Shown: piece after piece, positions 18,441-28,213 of the stretch
Position numbering within the stretch: position 1 is the first letter of the stretch
Layout of the letters: each line of letters begins with the position of its first letter
Origin: an archaeon
GTDB lineage: Archaea; Nanobdellota; Nanobdellia; Pacearchaeales; GW2011-AR1
Length of the DNA stretch: 64,000 nt
Assembly (NCBI GenBank): GCA_018648095.1
Contig: JABGRV010000006.1
Coordinates: forward strand, 16,559 to 80,558
Direction of reading: 5' to 3'
The notes under the pieces: model-generated
Databases searched by the model: none
Told to the model about the DNA's origin: nothing
Seen by the model: the letters and a program-made list of their open reading frames with translations, nothing else
Program-made: the position numbers and the translations under genes

Positions 18441-21127
18441 CTAAAAATATCTTCCTTCTTCCTTTCTTCAACTATTTCGATATCACTTGGCTCTGAATTT
18501 GGCCGTTCAAATTCTTCAGTATTAGTTTCAGCAGGTTCCTTATCCACTACTTCAATATCACTTTCTGGAGCCCTAGCTTCTTCCCCATTTCTTTCTGATC
18601 CTTCGCTAGAACTATCAACAACTTCAATATCATTTTCTTTGTCAACCTGCCTAACTCTCTCTGCTTCATCTTCTACTCGCTCATTCAATTCTTTCTCAAC
18701 AGATTCCCTATCTCCGATCGGTTCAATTACACTTTCTCCTCCCGCATTTTCTGGGTTTTCTTCTCTCCGAGGATTATTTTCTACAACCTTATTTCCTTCA
18801 TTTTCTACAACCCCCCCATTATTTTCCTTAATGTTTCCATCAACATCTCCACCCTTATCGCCCCCCTCCAATCTCAAAACTAACTCCGAGATTTCCTTAG
18901 CAACATCCGCATTAACAGAGATAGAATCAATTCCCTGCTTAACTAAGAATTCAACCATCTCTTTTTTAGAACCTGCCTGCCCACAAATAGAAGTCTCAAC
19001 CCCCTGCTTTCTACATTCACGAATCACTCGGGATAATTGTTTCAAAACCGCCCAGTTCATTTCATCATAGATATATTGAACATCTTCATTTCCTCGATCA
19101 ATTGCAAGAGTATACTGCGTCAAATCATTTGTTCCAAATGAAATAAAATCAAGTCCAACTTCACAAAGATCTTTTATCAAGATTGAAGCGGCAGGAGTCT
19201 CAATCATAACTCCAAATTGAACATTACTAATTCCCATCTCTTCAAAAATCTTCTTAGCTGCCTTTACCTCATCAACAGAAATAACTTGGGGAAACATAAC
19301 TCCAAATTTATGTCCCTTATCTGCAAGTTCCTTAATTGCTCCAAGCTCTGCCTTAAAGATTCCAAGATGTTTCAGTGAAAACCTAATCCCGTGATTTCCT
19401 AACATTGGATTCTTTTCAATCTCTTTTGGGGCACCCTTTAGATTAGCATATTCATCACTTCGGATATCTGAGGAACGGATCCAGATTGGCTTTCCAATAA
19501 ATGTTTCAGCAATCTTTCCAAGACCCTTAACTAACATGGCCTTATACTCTTCTAAGGTTCCTTCAGCCTCATAAGCAATCGGGTGTTTTCCTGCAGATGC
19601 GATTAAACCTTCCAATCGAACAAGTCCAACACCGTCCGCATTTGTCTTAGCCGCTCGCTCAGCATATTCTGGTAAGTCAACCATAACTTTTATTCGAGTT
19701 TTAGTTTTAACAATTGGCAAGATTTCAACCTTCTTACTCTGAGCTCTTCCAGAATAAACCTTACCCCTAAAACCATCCACTGTAACTTCCTGACCATCTT
19801 CCAAAACCTCTAACGCATTATCTGTCCCAACAACTGCGGGAATACCCATTTCACGAGATACAATCGCTGCATGTGCTGTGATCCCCCCCTCACTAGTAAT
19901 AATCGCCGCAGCCTTTTGCATAGTTACAACCATGTCCGGATTAGTCATTGCAGTAACAAGAACATCACCTTTTCGAATCTTGCCCAAATCTTCCATAGAC
20001 TTAACAATTTTAACAACTCCTGAAGAAATCCCTGGAGATGCGGCAAGTCCTTCCGTTAAAACTGGTCCTTCAAGTTCGTCTCCCTCACCCTCTTCCTTGC
20101 CATCACTCCCTGCTTTCAAGGTCGTAATCGGCCGAGTCTGTAAAATATATATATCCTCATTCTCAATTGCAAATTCAATATCTTGCGGTTTCTTGTAATG
20201 TTCTTCTAATTTAATCGCATATTCTGCCAACTGCTTCAATTCATAAGTTTTCAAAACTCTCTGTCCGGATTTTTCTGGGCTTAATTGAACTGTTTTTGTA
20301 ATTCCTGATGCATCTCTAACAATTGCAATTTTCTTCTCAGCAATTTTCTCATCTACAAGATCAAAAGCCCTAGAAACTGTTTGCTGGTCTGGTTTGATTT
20401 TCCCAGAAACAATACCTTCCCCTTGTCCAAAGACAGATTCTACCAAGACATCGTCCGTGTTTTTTACTGGATGTCTAGAAAAAATAACTCCGGACTTATC
20501 TGAATTAATCATTTTCTGAACAATCGCGGCAATACCCACAAGATCTTCAAATCCTTTCTTCTTTCGGTAATATATCGACCGGGCTGTAAAAATAGATGCA
20601 AAAACTCGCTTGACTTTTTCAATCAAATCATCATTTCCCTTAACATTGATAAAACTTTCTTGCTGTCCTGCAAAACTTGCATCTCCCAAATCCTCTGCAG
20701 TGGCCGAACTTCTAACTGAAACAAAAACAGGCTCACGAGCAGATTTCAAAATGGCCAATGCTCCAGGGGAACTTTCAAGACCGCTCAAATCAACATTAAA
20801 ATTATCATAGGCTTCCAAAATTTCACTTCTAAGATCCTCGGGCATTTCCGCAGCAACCATGATTTCCCTAATCTCCTTAGCTTTGCTCGAAAGACCATCA
20901 GTATCATCAACATCAATCTTATTCAAAATCTCTCGAATCTGATCCTTAATCTCCGTCTTTTTCAAAAAATGATCAAATGCCTTAGTTGTGACAACAAAAG
21001 CCTGGGGAACCGGAAATTTTGAATTAAACATTTCACCAAGATTAGCCCCCTTACCTCCTGCGAGCTTAACATCTTTCTTAGATAAATCGGAAAGCCATGC
21101 AATGTACCCCTCTTTCATAAATTCCAA
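18437..21127 (-). CDS. ppsA: phosphoenolpyruvate synthase (pyruvate, water dikinase) with about 140-aa acidic low-complexity C-terminal tail
   Basis: N-terminal PPDK_N ATP-grasp region, phosphohistidine domain and C-terminal PEP-utilising TIM barrel. The tail contains DIEVVD/DIEIVE repeats. Confidence 0.9.
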   Translation of the reverse strand: MEFMKEGYIAWLSDLSKKDVKLAGGKGANLGEMFNSKFPVPQAFVVTTKAFDHFLKKTEIKDQIREILNKIDVDDTDGLSSKAKEIREIMVAAEMPEDLRSEILEAYDNFNVDLSGLESSPGALAILKSAREPVFVSVRSSATAEDLGDASFAGQQESFINVKGNDDLIEKVKRVFASIFTARSIYYRKKKGFEDLVGIAAIVQKMINSDKSGVIFSRHPVKNTDDVLVESVFGQGEGIVSGKIKPDQQTVSRAFDLVDEKIAEKKIAIVRDASGITKTVQLSPEKSGQRVLKTYELKQLAEYAIKLEEHYKKPQDIEFAIENEDIYILQTRPITTLKAGSDGKEEGEGDELEGPVLTEGLAASPGISSGVVKIVKSMEDLGKIRKGDVLVTAMTNPDMVVTMQKAAAIITSEGGITAHAAIVSREMGIPAVVGTDNALEVLEDGQEVTVDGFRGKVYSGRAQSKKVEILPIVKTKTRIKVMVDLPEYAERAAKTNADGVGLVRLEGLIASAGKHPIAYEAEGTLEEYKAMLVKGLGKIAETFIGKPIWIRSSDIRSDEYANLKGAPKEIEKNPMLGNHGIRFSLKHLGIFKAELGAIKELADKGHKFGVMFPQVISVDEVKAAKKIFEEMGISNVQFGVMIETPAASILIKDLCEVGLDFISFGTNDLTQYTLAIDRGNEDVQYIYDEMNWAVLKQLSRVIRECRKQGVETSICGQAGSKKEMVEFLVKQGIDSISVNADVAKEISELVLRLEGGDKGGDVDGNIKENNGGVVENEGNKVVENNPRREENPENAGGESVIEPIGDRESVEKELNERVEDEAERVRQVDKENDIEVVDSSSEGSERNGEEARAPESDIEVVDKEPAETNTEEFERPNSEPSDIEIVEERKKEDIFS

Positions 21128-21339
21128 GAGCTATACGATTATTTAAAGTTTGTTGTAATAATTTCACTATCTTAGAACCTGCCAGAATCAGAATATCTCA
21201 TAGTATAACCGAATCGCCCACTAACTGGGGAACTATCATACTTATTTTGGTTCCATTCATACGGTGATCCCGAAGGCCTTTCAAACACATATCCTTTGGA
21301 TTCACCATCTCCACATCCACATGCCATATTATCTCAATG

Positions 21340-21620
21340 AATATTAGTCTTTTATGACTTTCGGTCAAATCTACGAAATAAAAAACACAAAGTATGTCCT
21401 ACAACATATATGATACAATATCTATATTGCAATATACTATATTGCACCACATACATTGGGACAAATAAAAAACCAAACTTTGCCCTAAGGGCACCAAATC
21501 ATCCGAATTTTAAGACCGAATTTTAAGAAATAAAAAATGCAAATAAAAAACCAAACCCAAAATCTACGAAATAAAAAACACATAATCAAATAAAAAACAC
21601 AAATCCAAAGGCGAGGAGCC
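21340..21620. repeat. A-rich degenerate short direct repeats (aaataaaaaacac variants; aatctacgaaataaaaaacaca occurs twice) in a 560-bp non-coding junction
   Basis: Read directly from the sequence. They lie exactly at the AT-rich to GC-rich composition boundary. Confidence 0.6.
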
Positions 21621-21691
21621 CAAACAGTCAGTAAACTGAAAGTTGGGCCCCTGCCTTGGATACTACGTCTTGACCACCCAGTTAATTGGAC

Positions 21692-22153
21692 TTACTTGGG
21701 CGGATACAGAATCATAAGAATAACCAGGAAGAAGCAGACGGATATCACAACAAGCGAAGGAACGCTCGGAATGTAATATCCTTCGAGTCTTTCAATCTCC
21801 TGGAAACTGAAGACGCCACGCCCTTTTTCTCCACAATCCACATGGTACCTGTAACCTTTTTCTGCGCCACCAAAATCCCAATCCCGAATAACGCCTATCT
21901 TCCCTTCGGCAGCGGTATCCCGTTGGACGATCTTGATTTGATCATTGATGTGATACGCCGGGCCCCACCACCAGCAGAGGAAGTAAACTCCTGCAAGGAG
22001 GAGAATCAGGACCGCCCACCCCCGGGGAGATATCTCATTCAACTTTTTGGCAACCGCCCTTAGGGGACGGTAAACGACCAGCAAGGCAATGAACCCCCCA
22101 ATCGTGGCCAACACCTGCCAATGATCACCGGCTATTTTCAAAAGTTCATCCAT
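21692..22153 (-). CDS. family A small 3-TM membrane protein, paralog 1 of 4 in tandem
   Basis: Shares the WQVLATL... N-terminal TM, WWGPAYHIND, GKIGVIRDW and GP.IP..P motifs with the next three ORFs. Confidence 0.55.
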   Translation of the reverse strand: MDELLKIAGDHWQVLATIGGFIALLVVYRPLRAVAKKLNEISPRGWAVLILLLAGVYFLCWWWGPAYHINDQIKIVQRDTAAEGKIGVIRDWDFGGAEKGYRYHVDCGEKGRGVFSFQEIERLEGYYIPSVPSLVVISVCFFLVILMILYPPK

Positions 22154-22251
22154 ACGTCACTTCCTTTCATTCTGTCAATTCTCTTTCTTCTAGCTCATGC
22201 ACACACTGCACGAGTAATGCAAGTAAAAAATACTCCCCCTGTCAAGGGCAA

Positions 22252-22737
22252 TTAATCCAACTTATCCCGGACGATCACCAGGAAGCTTCCCAGAATAAAT
22301 ATGATGAAGGATGGAATTCCGGGGATATAGGGGCCACCCAAACTCCTTATCTCCGCGAACAGAAACTTATGCTTTGCCCCCCCACACTCCACAAAGTAGG
22401 AGTAGTGGGCCATTTCAAGTTTCCAATCTCTGACCACTCCAATTTTCCCGTTGAGCTCGCTTTGCAGTCGCGTAATCTCAACTTCATCATTGGCGCCATA
22501 GACTGGGCCCAACCACCAGCTGAAACAATAAACTATCACTGCAAGGAAAACTATCCCGAAGATCGTCCACATCAGCCACTTTCCGGCTACGCGCCCCCGA
22601 TCAATAGCTTTTCTTACCAAACGATAGCCCACAACCAGAACAGCGCAGGTAGCCAACGTGGCCAGCACTTGCCAATTGTCACAGGCCATTTTCCAAAGAT
22701 CATTCATAACTTCATTTCCTTTCATTTCGATTATCAC
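22252..22737 (-). CDS. family A small membrane protein, paralog 2 (likely start at MNDLWKM, ~22707)
   Basis: Paralogous to 21692..22153. The reported N-terminal extension is probably translated leader. Confidence 0.55.
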   Translation of the reverse strand: MIIEMKGNEVMNDLWKMACDNWQVLATLATCAVLVVGYRLVRKAIDRGRVAGKWLMWTIFGIVFLAVIVYCFSWWLGPVYGANDEVEITRLQSELNGKIGVVRDWKLEMAHYSYFVECGGAKHKFLFAEIRSLGGPYIPGIPSFIIFILGSFLVIVRDKLD

Positions 22738-22832
22738 AACCTCCCAAGGGAGAGCTAGTCATCCGGCCCACTGCCAAACAATCTAGCTCCCCCTTACAAT
22801 CGACCTCTTAATCGAGAGAACGACAACTACGC

Positions 22833-23327
22833 CTAGTCACTCGCGCCTTCTTTCAGCTTCAGGGAATCCATATTCGCGGCGAGAGCTATCAGGCTTCCGA
22901 TTATCATCAGGATAAGCGGAAAAACACTCGGGATATAGCAGGGGCCTTCAAACCTTTTGAGTTCCTGGAAGTGGAATTTTCCCAGTTCTTTCGCCCCATA
23001 ATCCACATGATAGATGAATCCCCCTGGACGAGGACTTTCCCAATCACGGATTATTCCGACCTTTCCTTCCTCGGGGGTATCTCGTTGGACGATCGTGACC
23101 TTTTCGTTGATACCATACACCGGTCCAAGGCCCCATGCGAGGAAGTAAATCACTGCCGAGACAATTACCATCCATACGAGGGTCTTCAACACCCAACCCG
23201 TAGTGAGATTCACATACCTGGAAGCAACCTTCTTTCCCAAGCGATAAATCACGAAGAGGGAGGCGAAGACAGCCAATGTGGCAAATACCTGCCAGTTGTC
23301 GCTCACCATGTTAACAAACTCTTTCAT
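22833..23327 (-). CDS. family A small membrane protein, paralog 3
   Basis: The MKEF..NWQVFATL N-terminus and conserved family motifs. Confidence 0.55.
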   Translation of the reverse strand: MKEFVNMVSDNWQVFATLAVFASLFVIYRLGKKVASRYVNLTTGWVLKTLVWMVIVSAVIYFLAWGLGPVYGINEKVTIVQRDTPEEGKVGIIRDWESPRPGGFIYHVDYGAKELGKFHFQELKRFEGPCYIPSVFPLILMIIGSLIALAANMDSLKLKEGASD

Positions 23328-23428
23328 ATCTCGTTCCTTTCGTTCAATTCATCAAAACCCCCAAAAGGGAGAGCTAGTCATCAAGCCCAATGCCCAACAA
23401 TCTAGCCCTCCCAAGGGTAACGCCATCG

Positions 23429-23917
23429 TCAATATCCGAAGTTCGAAGAGGATTTATTCAGGACGGGTAATCGCAAGTAGATCACCACACAAACCCCGAC
23501 GGCCATTAAAACAAGGATTGGAATGCCCGGGATATGGGGCCCGTTTAACCTCTTCAGGTGCTCAAAACGGAGGCCGTAGGGTTCATCTCCCTTACAATAA
23601 ACAGAATACACATAGCCATTGCCCGGAGCGAGACAATTCCAGGATCTGATTATCCCAGTTTCACCATTTACGTCGCTTCGGGGATAAACTATCTCGACTT
23701 CGTCGTTGATATGATACGCCGGACCCCACCACCAGGTAAAGAAATAGATCCCGGCTACCACAACAACTGCCAACATGACCGTCTTCAGGAACCATCCACG
23801 TGGCAATCCCCGGTACTTGGAAACAACCCTCCTTACCACACGATAGCCCATCAGCAAGGCGACACATCCTGCCAGGGTGGCAAACACTTGCCAATGTCCA
23901 ACAATAAACTCTTTCAT
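23429..23917 (-). CDS. family A small membrane protein, paralog 4
   Basis: MKEFIVGHWQVFATL...WWGPAYHINDEVEIV. Paralogous to the previous three. Confidence 0.55.
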   Translation of the reverse strand: MKEFIVGHWQVFATLAGCVALLMGYRVVRRVVSKYRGLPRGWFLKTVMLAVVVVAGIYFFTWWWGPAYHINDEVEIVYPRSDVNGETGIIRSWNCLAPGNGYVYSVYCKGDEPYGLRFEHLKRLNGPHIPGIPILVLMAVGVCVVIYLRLPVLNKSSSNFGY

Positions 23918-24008
23918 AACTCGTTCCTTTCATTATCTATCTTCATCCCATCTTGCCCGCACACTATGCACGAATAAAACAAGTAGGAAGTAAGTCTTCA
24001 GGCGGCGG

Positions 24009-25298
24009 TCAGGAAGGAGAGGCCAGTTTTATCAGCTTGACCTTTATTTCATCCTTGCTATCCCACCCATATTCGGCCGCTTCCGCAAAGAGATCCAGCC
24101 ACCATTCGAAGTCGCCGTCACCGAGTTCCATCAACTTTCCAAGGAAGATTTCTCCGAGATTGTCAGATTCTCCATCTCCGAGCATCTTGTCGTAGGTCTC
24201 TTTCCAGAGATTGAAGTCGCTACACTCCAACTCTCTGAATATTTCGATTATCCTATCCTCAGAAGGCGAGGAACCCTCTGCGTTTGTGAAGAACTCCCAC
24301 CATTTGTCCGGGCCCCAATTCCTGGGTCGTTCTTCTATCTGGGTGAGGATCAGTCTTTGCCTGTCATGATCTCCATCAAACATCCCGAAGATAGCCTCCC
24401 AGTTCTCAAAGGATACCTCTTCTCTCCCTTCGAGTCTTTTAATGAGGGCATCACACATATTTTCCCAGCCATTATCGTTTGCTTCTTCCAGGAATCCTTT
24501 CAATGTCTCGAAATCTTCCTGGGGGAGTTCGGCCACATTTTCTTCGAGAGCATTGTCCGTAGTTTCATCATCGGCCACCCTATAGGCCTCCATGAGTTGC
24601 CCCATGGTGGTCACTCTCTTGACCAGTTCTTCACCGATCCTTTCCTCGTGCTGATTGTAGCAGTCCCCACGAAGGGTGCACAACTGTTCAAGGGAGGGAT
24701 TGGAAGATAAGAGCAGATCGAGGAAAAGATCTGCGACCATCTTCTTGATGCCCATCTCTTCCTTATCGGCCTCTCCAGATTCTGTATAGATGGTTTTTGC
24801 CTGATCGAAAGTTTGGATGGATCCGCCTACATTTTCGAGAGCGGTCTGTCTGAGGGGAGATCCAGCTTCAGCCACTTCAAGGACAGACTCCCAATCTTCC
24901 GGAGTCCTTGCCCTTCGTGAGATCTGCTCCAGGACTGAACTTTTGAGCGAGGCGTCTCCAGACCTTATGGCCGCATGGCAAAGCTTGATCCAGTTTCCGA
25001 ATTCCGATCCCACACGTTGGAGCATCTGCGTTCCAGCGTGCCGGTGAAGCTCTGACAAATCTTCATTGCCTATCGAGAGTTCGAACAGTCTGAGGTTATT
25101 CTCGAATGTTGAAGCCAATCTGGCGGCTTCACCAAGGGCGCGTTTCTTGAGGGGCTCTTCGGCCTCTCCACTGTAGTACACCTCGATCCACCGATCGAAA
25201 TTCAGATCGGGGGGAGGCGCGTTATCTTGCACATTCCAGATTGCAAGAGCTTTCATTACTCCGACCTGGGCGGCCAGAGATTCAAATGACATTTCCAT
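24009..25298 (-). CDS. acidic alpha-helical repeat protein (Trp-containing FENW/FEWW repeats)
   Basis: 429-aa ORF with an SD-like ggaaaggaa upstream. No family recognised. Confidence 0.45.
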   Translation of the reverse strand: MEMSFESLAAQVGVMKALAIWNVQDNAPPPDLNFDRWIEVYYSGEAEEPLKKRALGEAARLASTFENNLRLFELSIGNEDLSELHRHAGTQMLQRVGSEFGNWIKLCHAAIRSGDASLKSSVLEQISRRARTPEDWESVLEVAEAGSPLRQTALENVGGSIQTFDQAKTIYTESGEADKEEMGIKKMVADLFLDLLLSSNPSLEQLCTLRGDCYNQHEERIGEELVKRVTTMGQLMEAYRVADDETTDNALEENVAELPQEDFETLKGFLEEANDNGWENMCDALIKRLEGREEVSFENWEAIFGMFDGDHDRQRLILTQIEERPRNWGPDKWWEFFTNAEGSSPSEDRIIEIFRELECSDFNLWKETYDKMLGDGESDNLGEIFLGKLMELGDGDFEWWLDLFAEAAEYGWDSKDEIKVKLIKLASPS

Positions 25299-25365
25299 AA
25301 GGATTACCTTCTTTCGTATTATTCTACTTTTTCGATCTATCCCAACACGATGTCAGGACTCTGTT

Positions 25366-25950
25366 TTATCCGTCACTCCGACCTTCAATTTTCTCCAGCT
25401 TTTGGATGACTGCACGCCGGACTTCGCTTCCCTGGGGGGTTCCGAAATAGACATAGGTGGCCTCCCGTTCCCCTTCAGCTTGTTCGAAGTCTTGCCAGCA
25501 CTGCGGGATCCATTTTTGGCGGATAGCCCTCCTTATATCTGAATCTTCCGGAGTGCAAAGATACAGGATCTTCAGTCCCAGTGCACTGTTGGCAGCAAGG
25601 CACCTGGACAAATGGATCCTTTCAATGCGATTCACAAACTCCGGACTGACCTTCCCGCCGAGGATAACACGAAGGTAGAGCTCGAAAAGCTGTTCCTTGT
25701 TCTTCGCATTTTCCAAATGGCCGATAAAGGTCAGATCATCCATCTCTTGGAGATCCTGAACAAGGCGAATCTGGGAATTCATTAAAGCTTCCCTCGAAAA
25801 GCTTTCTTCCTTCACCGAACACCCCGGAGACGTCAGGGATCCACAACAGACAACAACCAACAACCAACAAGGCAGTTTCATAACAATTCTCCCTTCAGAG
25901 AACAAGGAACAGCGCCGGGCACCCCCCAATAAAACATTACCCGGCCCCAT
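25366..25950 (-). CDS. secreted hypothetical protein (probable true start MKLPCWLLVVVCC at ~25881)
   Basis: Signal-peptide-like hydrophobic N-terminus after an internal Met, then a helical domain. Confidence 0.4.
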   Translation of the reverse strand: MGPGNVLLGGARRCSLFSEGRIVMKLPCWLLVVVCCGSLTSPGCSVKEESFSREALMNSQIRLVQDLQEMDDLTFIGHLENAKNKEQLFELYLRVILGGKVSPEFVNRIERIHLSRCLAANSALGLKILYLCTPEDSDIRRAIRQKWIPQCWQDFEQAEGEREATYVYFGTPQGSEVRRAVIQKLEKIEGRSDG

Positions 25951-25978
25951 TCAGGTTAGTGAAAAATCAGGCCATCAA

Positions 25979-26569
25979 TTATTCGGCATCGGCAGTCGGA
26001 ATGTCGCTGAGATCGATCGGAGATCCGTCCGCTCCGCGGTAGGTCCTGAGGAGGATGTCCTCTTCGATGTGGCGTTCGTCGCCATTCGGAAGTTTGATTC
26101 GGATTACTCCTTCCTTATCGCGGATAGCGAGAACCACGTCTTTTTCGTCACGCTTCACGATCCCAGTATAGTCATCGACCATGCGACCAGCCGGCGAAAG
26201 ATGATCATCCACGAAGTCAGTGTCGGCAGTGTACTGGTCACCGCACCCCTGCTCGCCTGCTGCTATAAGGATATCGTCCAGGTTATCTACCGTGGGCGGA
26301 GTCTCCATCATATCCAGAAGTGCCTCGGCGATTTCGCCAGGAACTTCGTTGAGGATAACAACGCCTTTTTCACCGTCTGCGCCCTGCCAGGTTCCGTCGC
26401 CGTCACCGTCAGTTTCGTTGAGAACGAGAATCACCGGACGGTCGTTATTCTGGCCATATCCGGAGACTTCCATATCCTGTTCGAATGCCACAACGACATC
26501 ACTCGCGGGAACCTTGAAGATAAGCTTGCGGGTTGCGGAAACGATTTTAAGACCTTTATCAAAATTCAC
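25979..26569 (-). CDS. acidic hypothetical protein
   Basis: 196-aa ORF with an SD-like motif upstream. Confidence 0.4.
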   Translation of the reverse strand: MNFDKGLKIVSATRKLIFKVPASDVVVAFEQDMEVSGYGQNNDRPVILVLNETDGDGDGTWQGADGEKGVVILNEVPGEIAEALLDMMETPPTVDNLDDILIAAGEQGCGDQYTADTDFVDDHLSPAGRMVDDYTGIVKRDEKDVVLAIRDKEGVIRIKLPNGDERHIEEDILLRTYRGADGSPIDLSDIPTADAE

Positions 26570-26698
26570 AATATTCTCCTTTCTCCGTTTTGGGGAGAAA
26601 AAAAGTAAGGCCCTAACTCTTGTCAGAACCTAAAGATTCCAGCAACTTGCCAGGATCCTTTTAATGTAATGCCATGTTACGTCCCAAAAACTTATCTC

Positions 26699-26806
26699 CT
26701 AATCCTGAGGAGTGTTTCGAATGTGCTTCACAAAACTCCAGATCGCAATCACTCCAGAAAAAGTGGCCCCCGAAGCGATTAAAATCCCTGCAATCTGCTG
26801 TGTCAT
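26699..26806 (-). CDS. 35-aa single-TM micropeptide
   Basis: Not in the ORF track because it is under 60 aa. ATG is preceded by GAAAGGAGTAGAA. Hydrophobic MTQQIAGILIASGATFSGVIAIW. It lies 17 nt downstream of the iGluR-like gene. Confidence 0.3.
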   Translation of the reverse strand: MTQQIAGILIASGATFSGVIAIWSFVKHIRNTPQD

Positions 26807-26822
26807 TTCTACTCCTTTCTGG

Positions 26823-27926
26823 TCAGCTCTCCTTTGAGCCAAACCATTTACGATAGATTTCATCGTATTTACCGCTTTTCCGAATCTTCAACAAGGCGCG
26901 GTTAATCTCTTCTCGAAGATTGCTTCCTTCAGGTACGGCGAAGCCGTAGTATTGTTTGTCGAAAATCGGACCGACAACCCCCACTTCATCCGGGTGTTGC
27001 TGGGCGAAGAAAAGGACACTTGGGGAATCGAAGACAACCGCATCAACCTTCTCCTTAAGCAGGAGATCATACGATTCTTGGATAGAAGGTGTAGCAACCA
27101 CCTTAGCTCCAAGGCCCTTAAGTGTCGTAACACTTGTAGTGCCTTGTGCAGTGGCGACCGTCTTTCCTCTGAGATCTCCCGGATGGTTGATCACCGATTC
27201 AATGGCCTCGATTTCCCGGACCGTAAAAGCTGTGATGATCGGAGCAGAGACAAGGCCGACAATAACGCAGCCGTTGAGGAAGAGGGGGATGGTTAAGAGC
27301 CTTCCCCAAGTCTTCTTGGGATAGATATCTCCAAAACCTATGGTGGTCTTAATTGCCCAGACACACCAGCATGCATCGAAGAATCCTTTCCAATCGTCTG
27401 CGATTACGTCTGCACCCTGTTCAGCCCGCCACAACAAGAATCCCCAAACGAAGAATCCAATGAAGAGGATTCCCAAAAGCCCTGCCATCTCCCAGTTGAA
27501 CAGTCTTCGGAAAATAGACGAGAGGATCGAGGCCTTTTTCTTCTGACCTTTGACAACGATCCTCAATCCGGAATTCATATAGTGGTGTGAGAAGTCGAAA
27601 TTCTCTTCCCGATCCGCGGTAATAAAGATCCCGGACACTGCCACATCAACCTTCCCTGCCTTAACATCCTGCAGAAGTTGGTCAAATTCCGAACCCTTGT
27701 ACTGCTTGTACTCAATCTCCCAGTTGAGTTCTCCAGCAATCGCCTCAATTATTTCGATGTCTGATCCCGAAAGGCCAGACTTCGTTGAGGAACTTTCCAT
27801 CACGCATGGGCGGAAGATTCCCGCACCAATAGTGATTTTCTTTTTTTCCTGCGCTTGCACCGGGGAAACGACTGCCGCCAGAACAAGTACACCAATAACA
27901 ATCAGAAAGGCGGTTTTTTGCTTCAC
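26823..27926 (-). CDS. prokaryotic ionotropic glutamate receptor-like ligand-gated ion channel (GluR0-type; SBP_bac_3 lobes S1-M1-P-M2-S2)
   Basis: Signal peptide, periplasmic amino-acid-binding lobe 1, TM M1, a pore helix with K+-channel-like TTIGFGD, TM M2, then lobe 2 (GKTVATAQGTT...YGFAVPEGS). Confidence 0.7.
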   Translation of the reverse strand: MKQKTAFLIVIGVLVLAAVVSPVQAQEKKKITIGAGIFRPCVMESSSTKSGLSGSDIEIIEAIAGELNWEIEYKQYKGSEFDQLLQDVKAGKVDVAVSGIFITADREENFDFSHHYMNSGLRIVVKGQKKKASILSSIFRRLFNWEMAGLLGILFIGFFVWGFLLWRAEQGADVIADDWKGFFDACWCVWAIKTTIGFGDIYPKKTWGRLLTIPLFLNGCVIVGLVSAPIITAFTVREIEAIESVINHPGDLRGKTVATAQGTTSVTTLKGLGAKVVATPSIQESYDLLLKEKVDAVVFDSPSVLFFAQQHPDEVGVVGPIFDKQYYGFAVPEGSNLREEINRALLKIRKSGKYDEIYRKWFGSKES

Positions 27927-27968
27927 CTTGAGCTCCTTATATCGGAGGTTATTGAAATAGAAAAAACA

Positions 27969-28139
27969 TCATTTCTTTTTTCGCTGTCTTCTCCCCCCTC
28001 CCGAAGATAAGCGTTCCATGAGCCTTCCCCAGATTTGTTCAGCTAAGCTCATCGCCTCGGCATCCTTTCTAGGATCGGCAAAAGCCTTACCTGCAAATCT
28101 TCTGGGCAAGTTCCATGTTTGTTGTTCTGAGCTATTCAT
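27969..28139 (-). CDS. 56-aa basic small protein
   Basis: Not in the ORF track. ATG preceded by GGAGAAAGGAACGAGCA. Co-directional with its neighbours. Confidence 0.25.
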   Translation of the reverse strand: MNSSEQQTWNLPRRFAGKAFADPRKDAEAMSLAEQIWGRLMERLSSGGGRRQRKKK

Positions 28140-28213
28140 TGCTCGTTCCTTTCTCCACGCCTAAGGTGGGGATTTATTGGTCAATCAACGTCTTGCGGAC
28201 CGACTTGCAGGCA

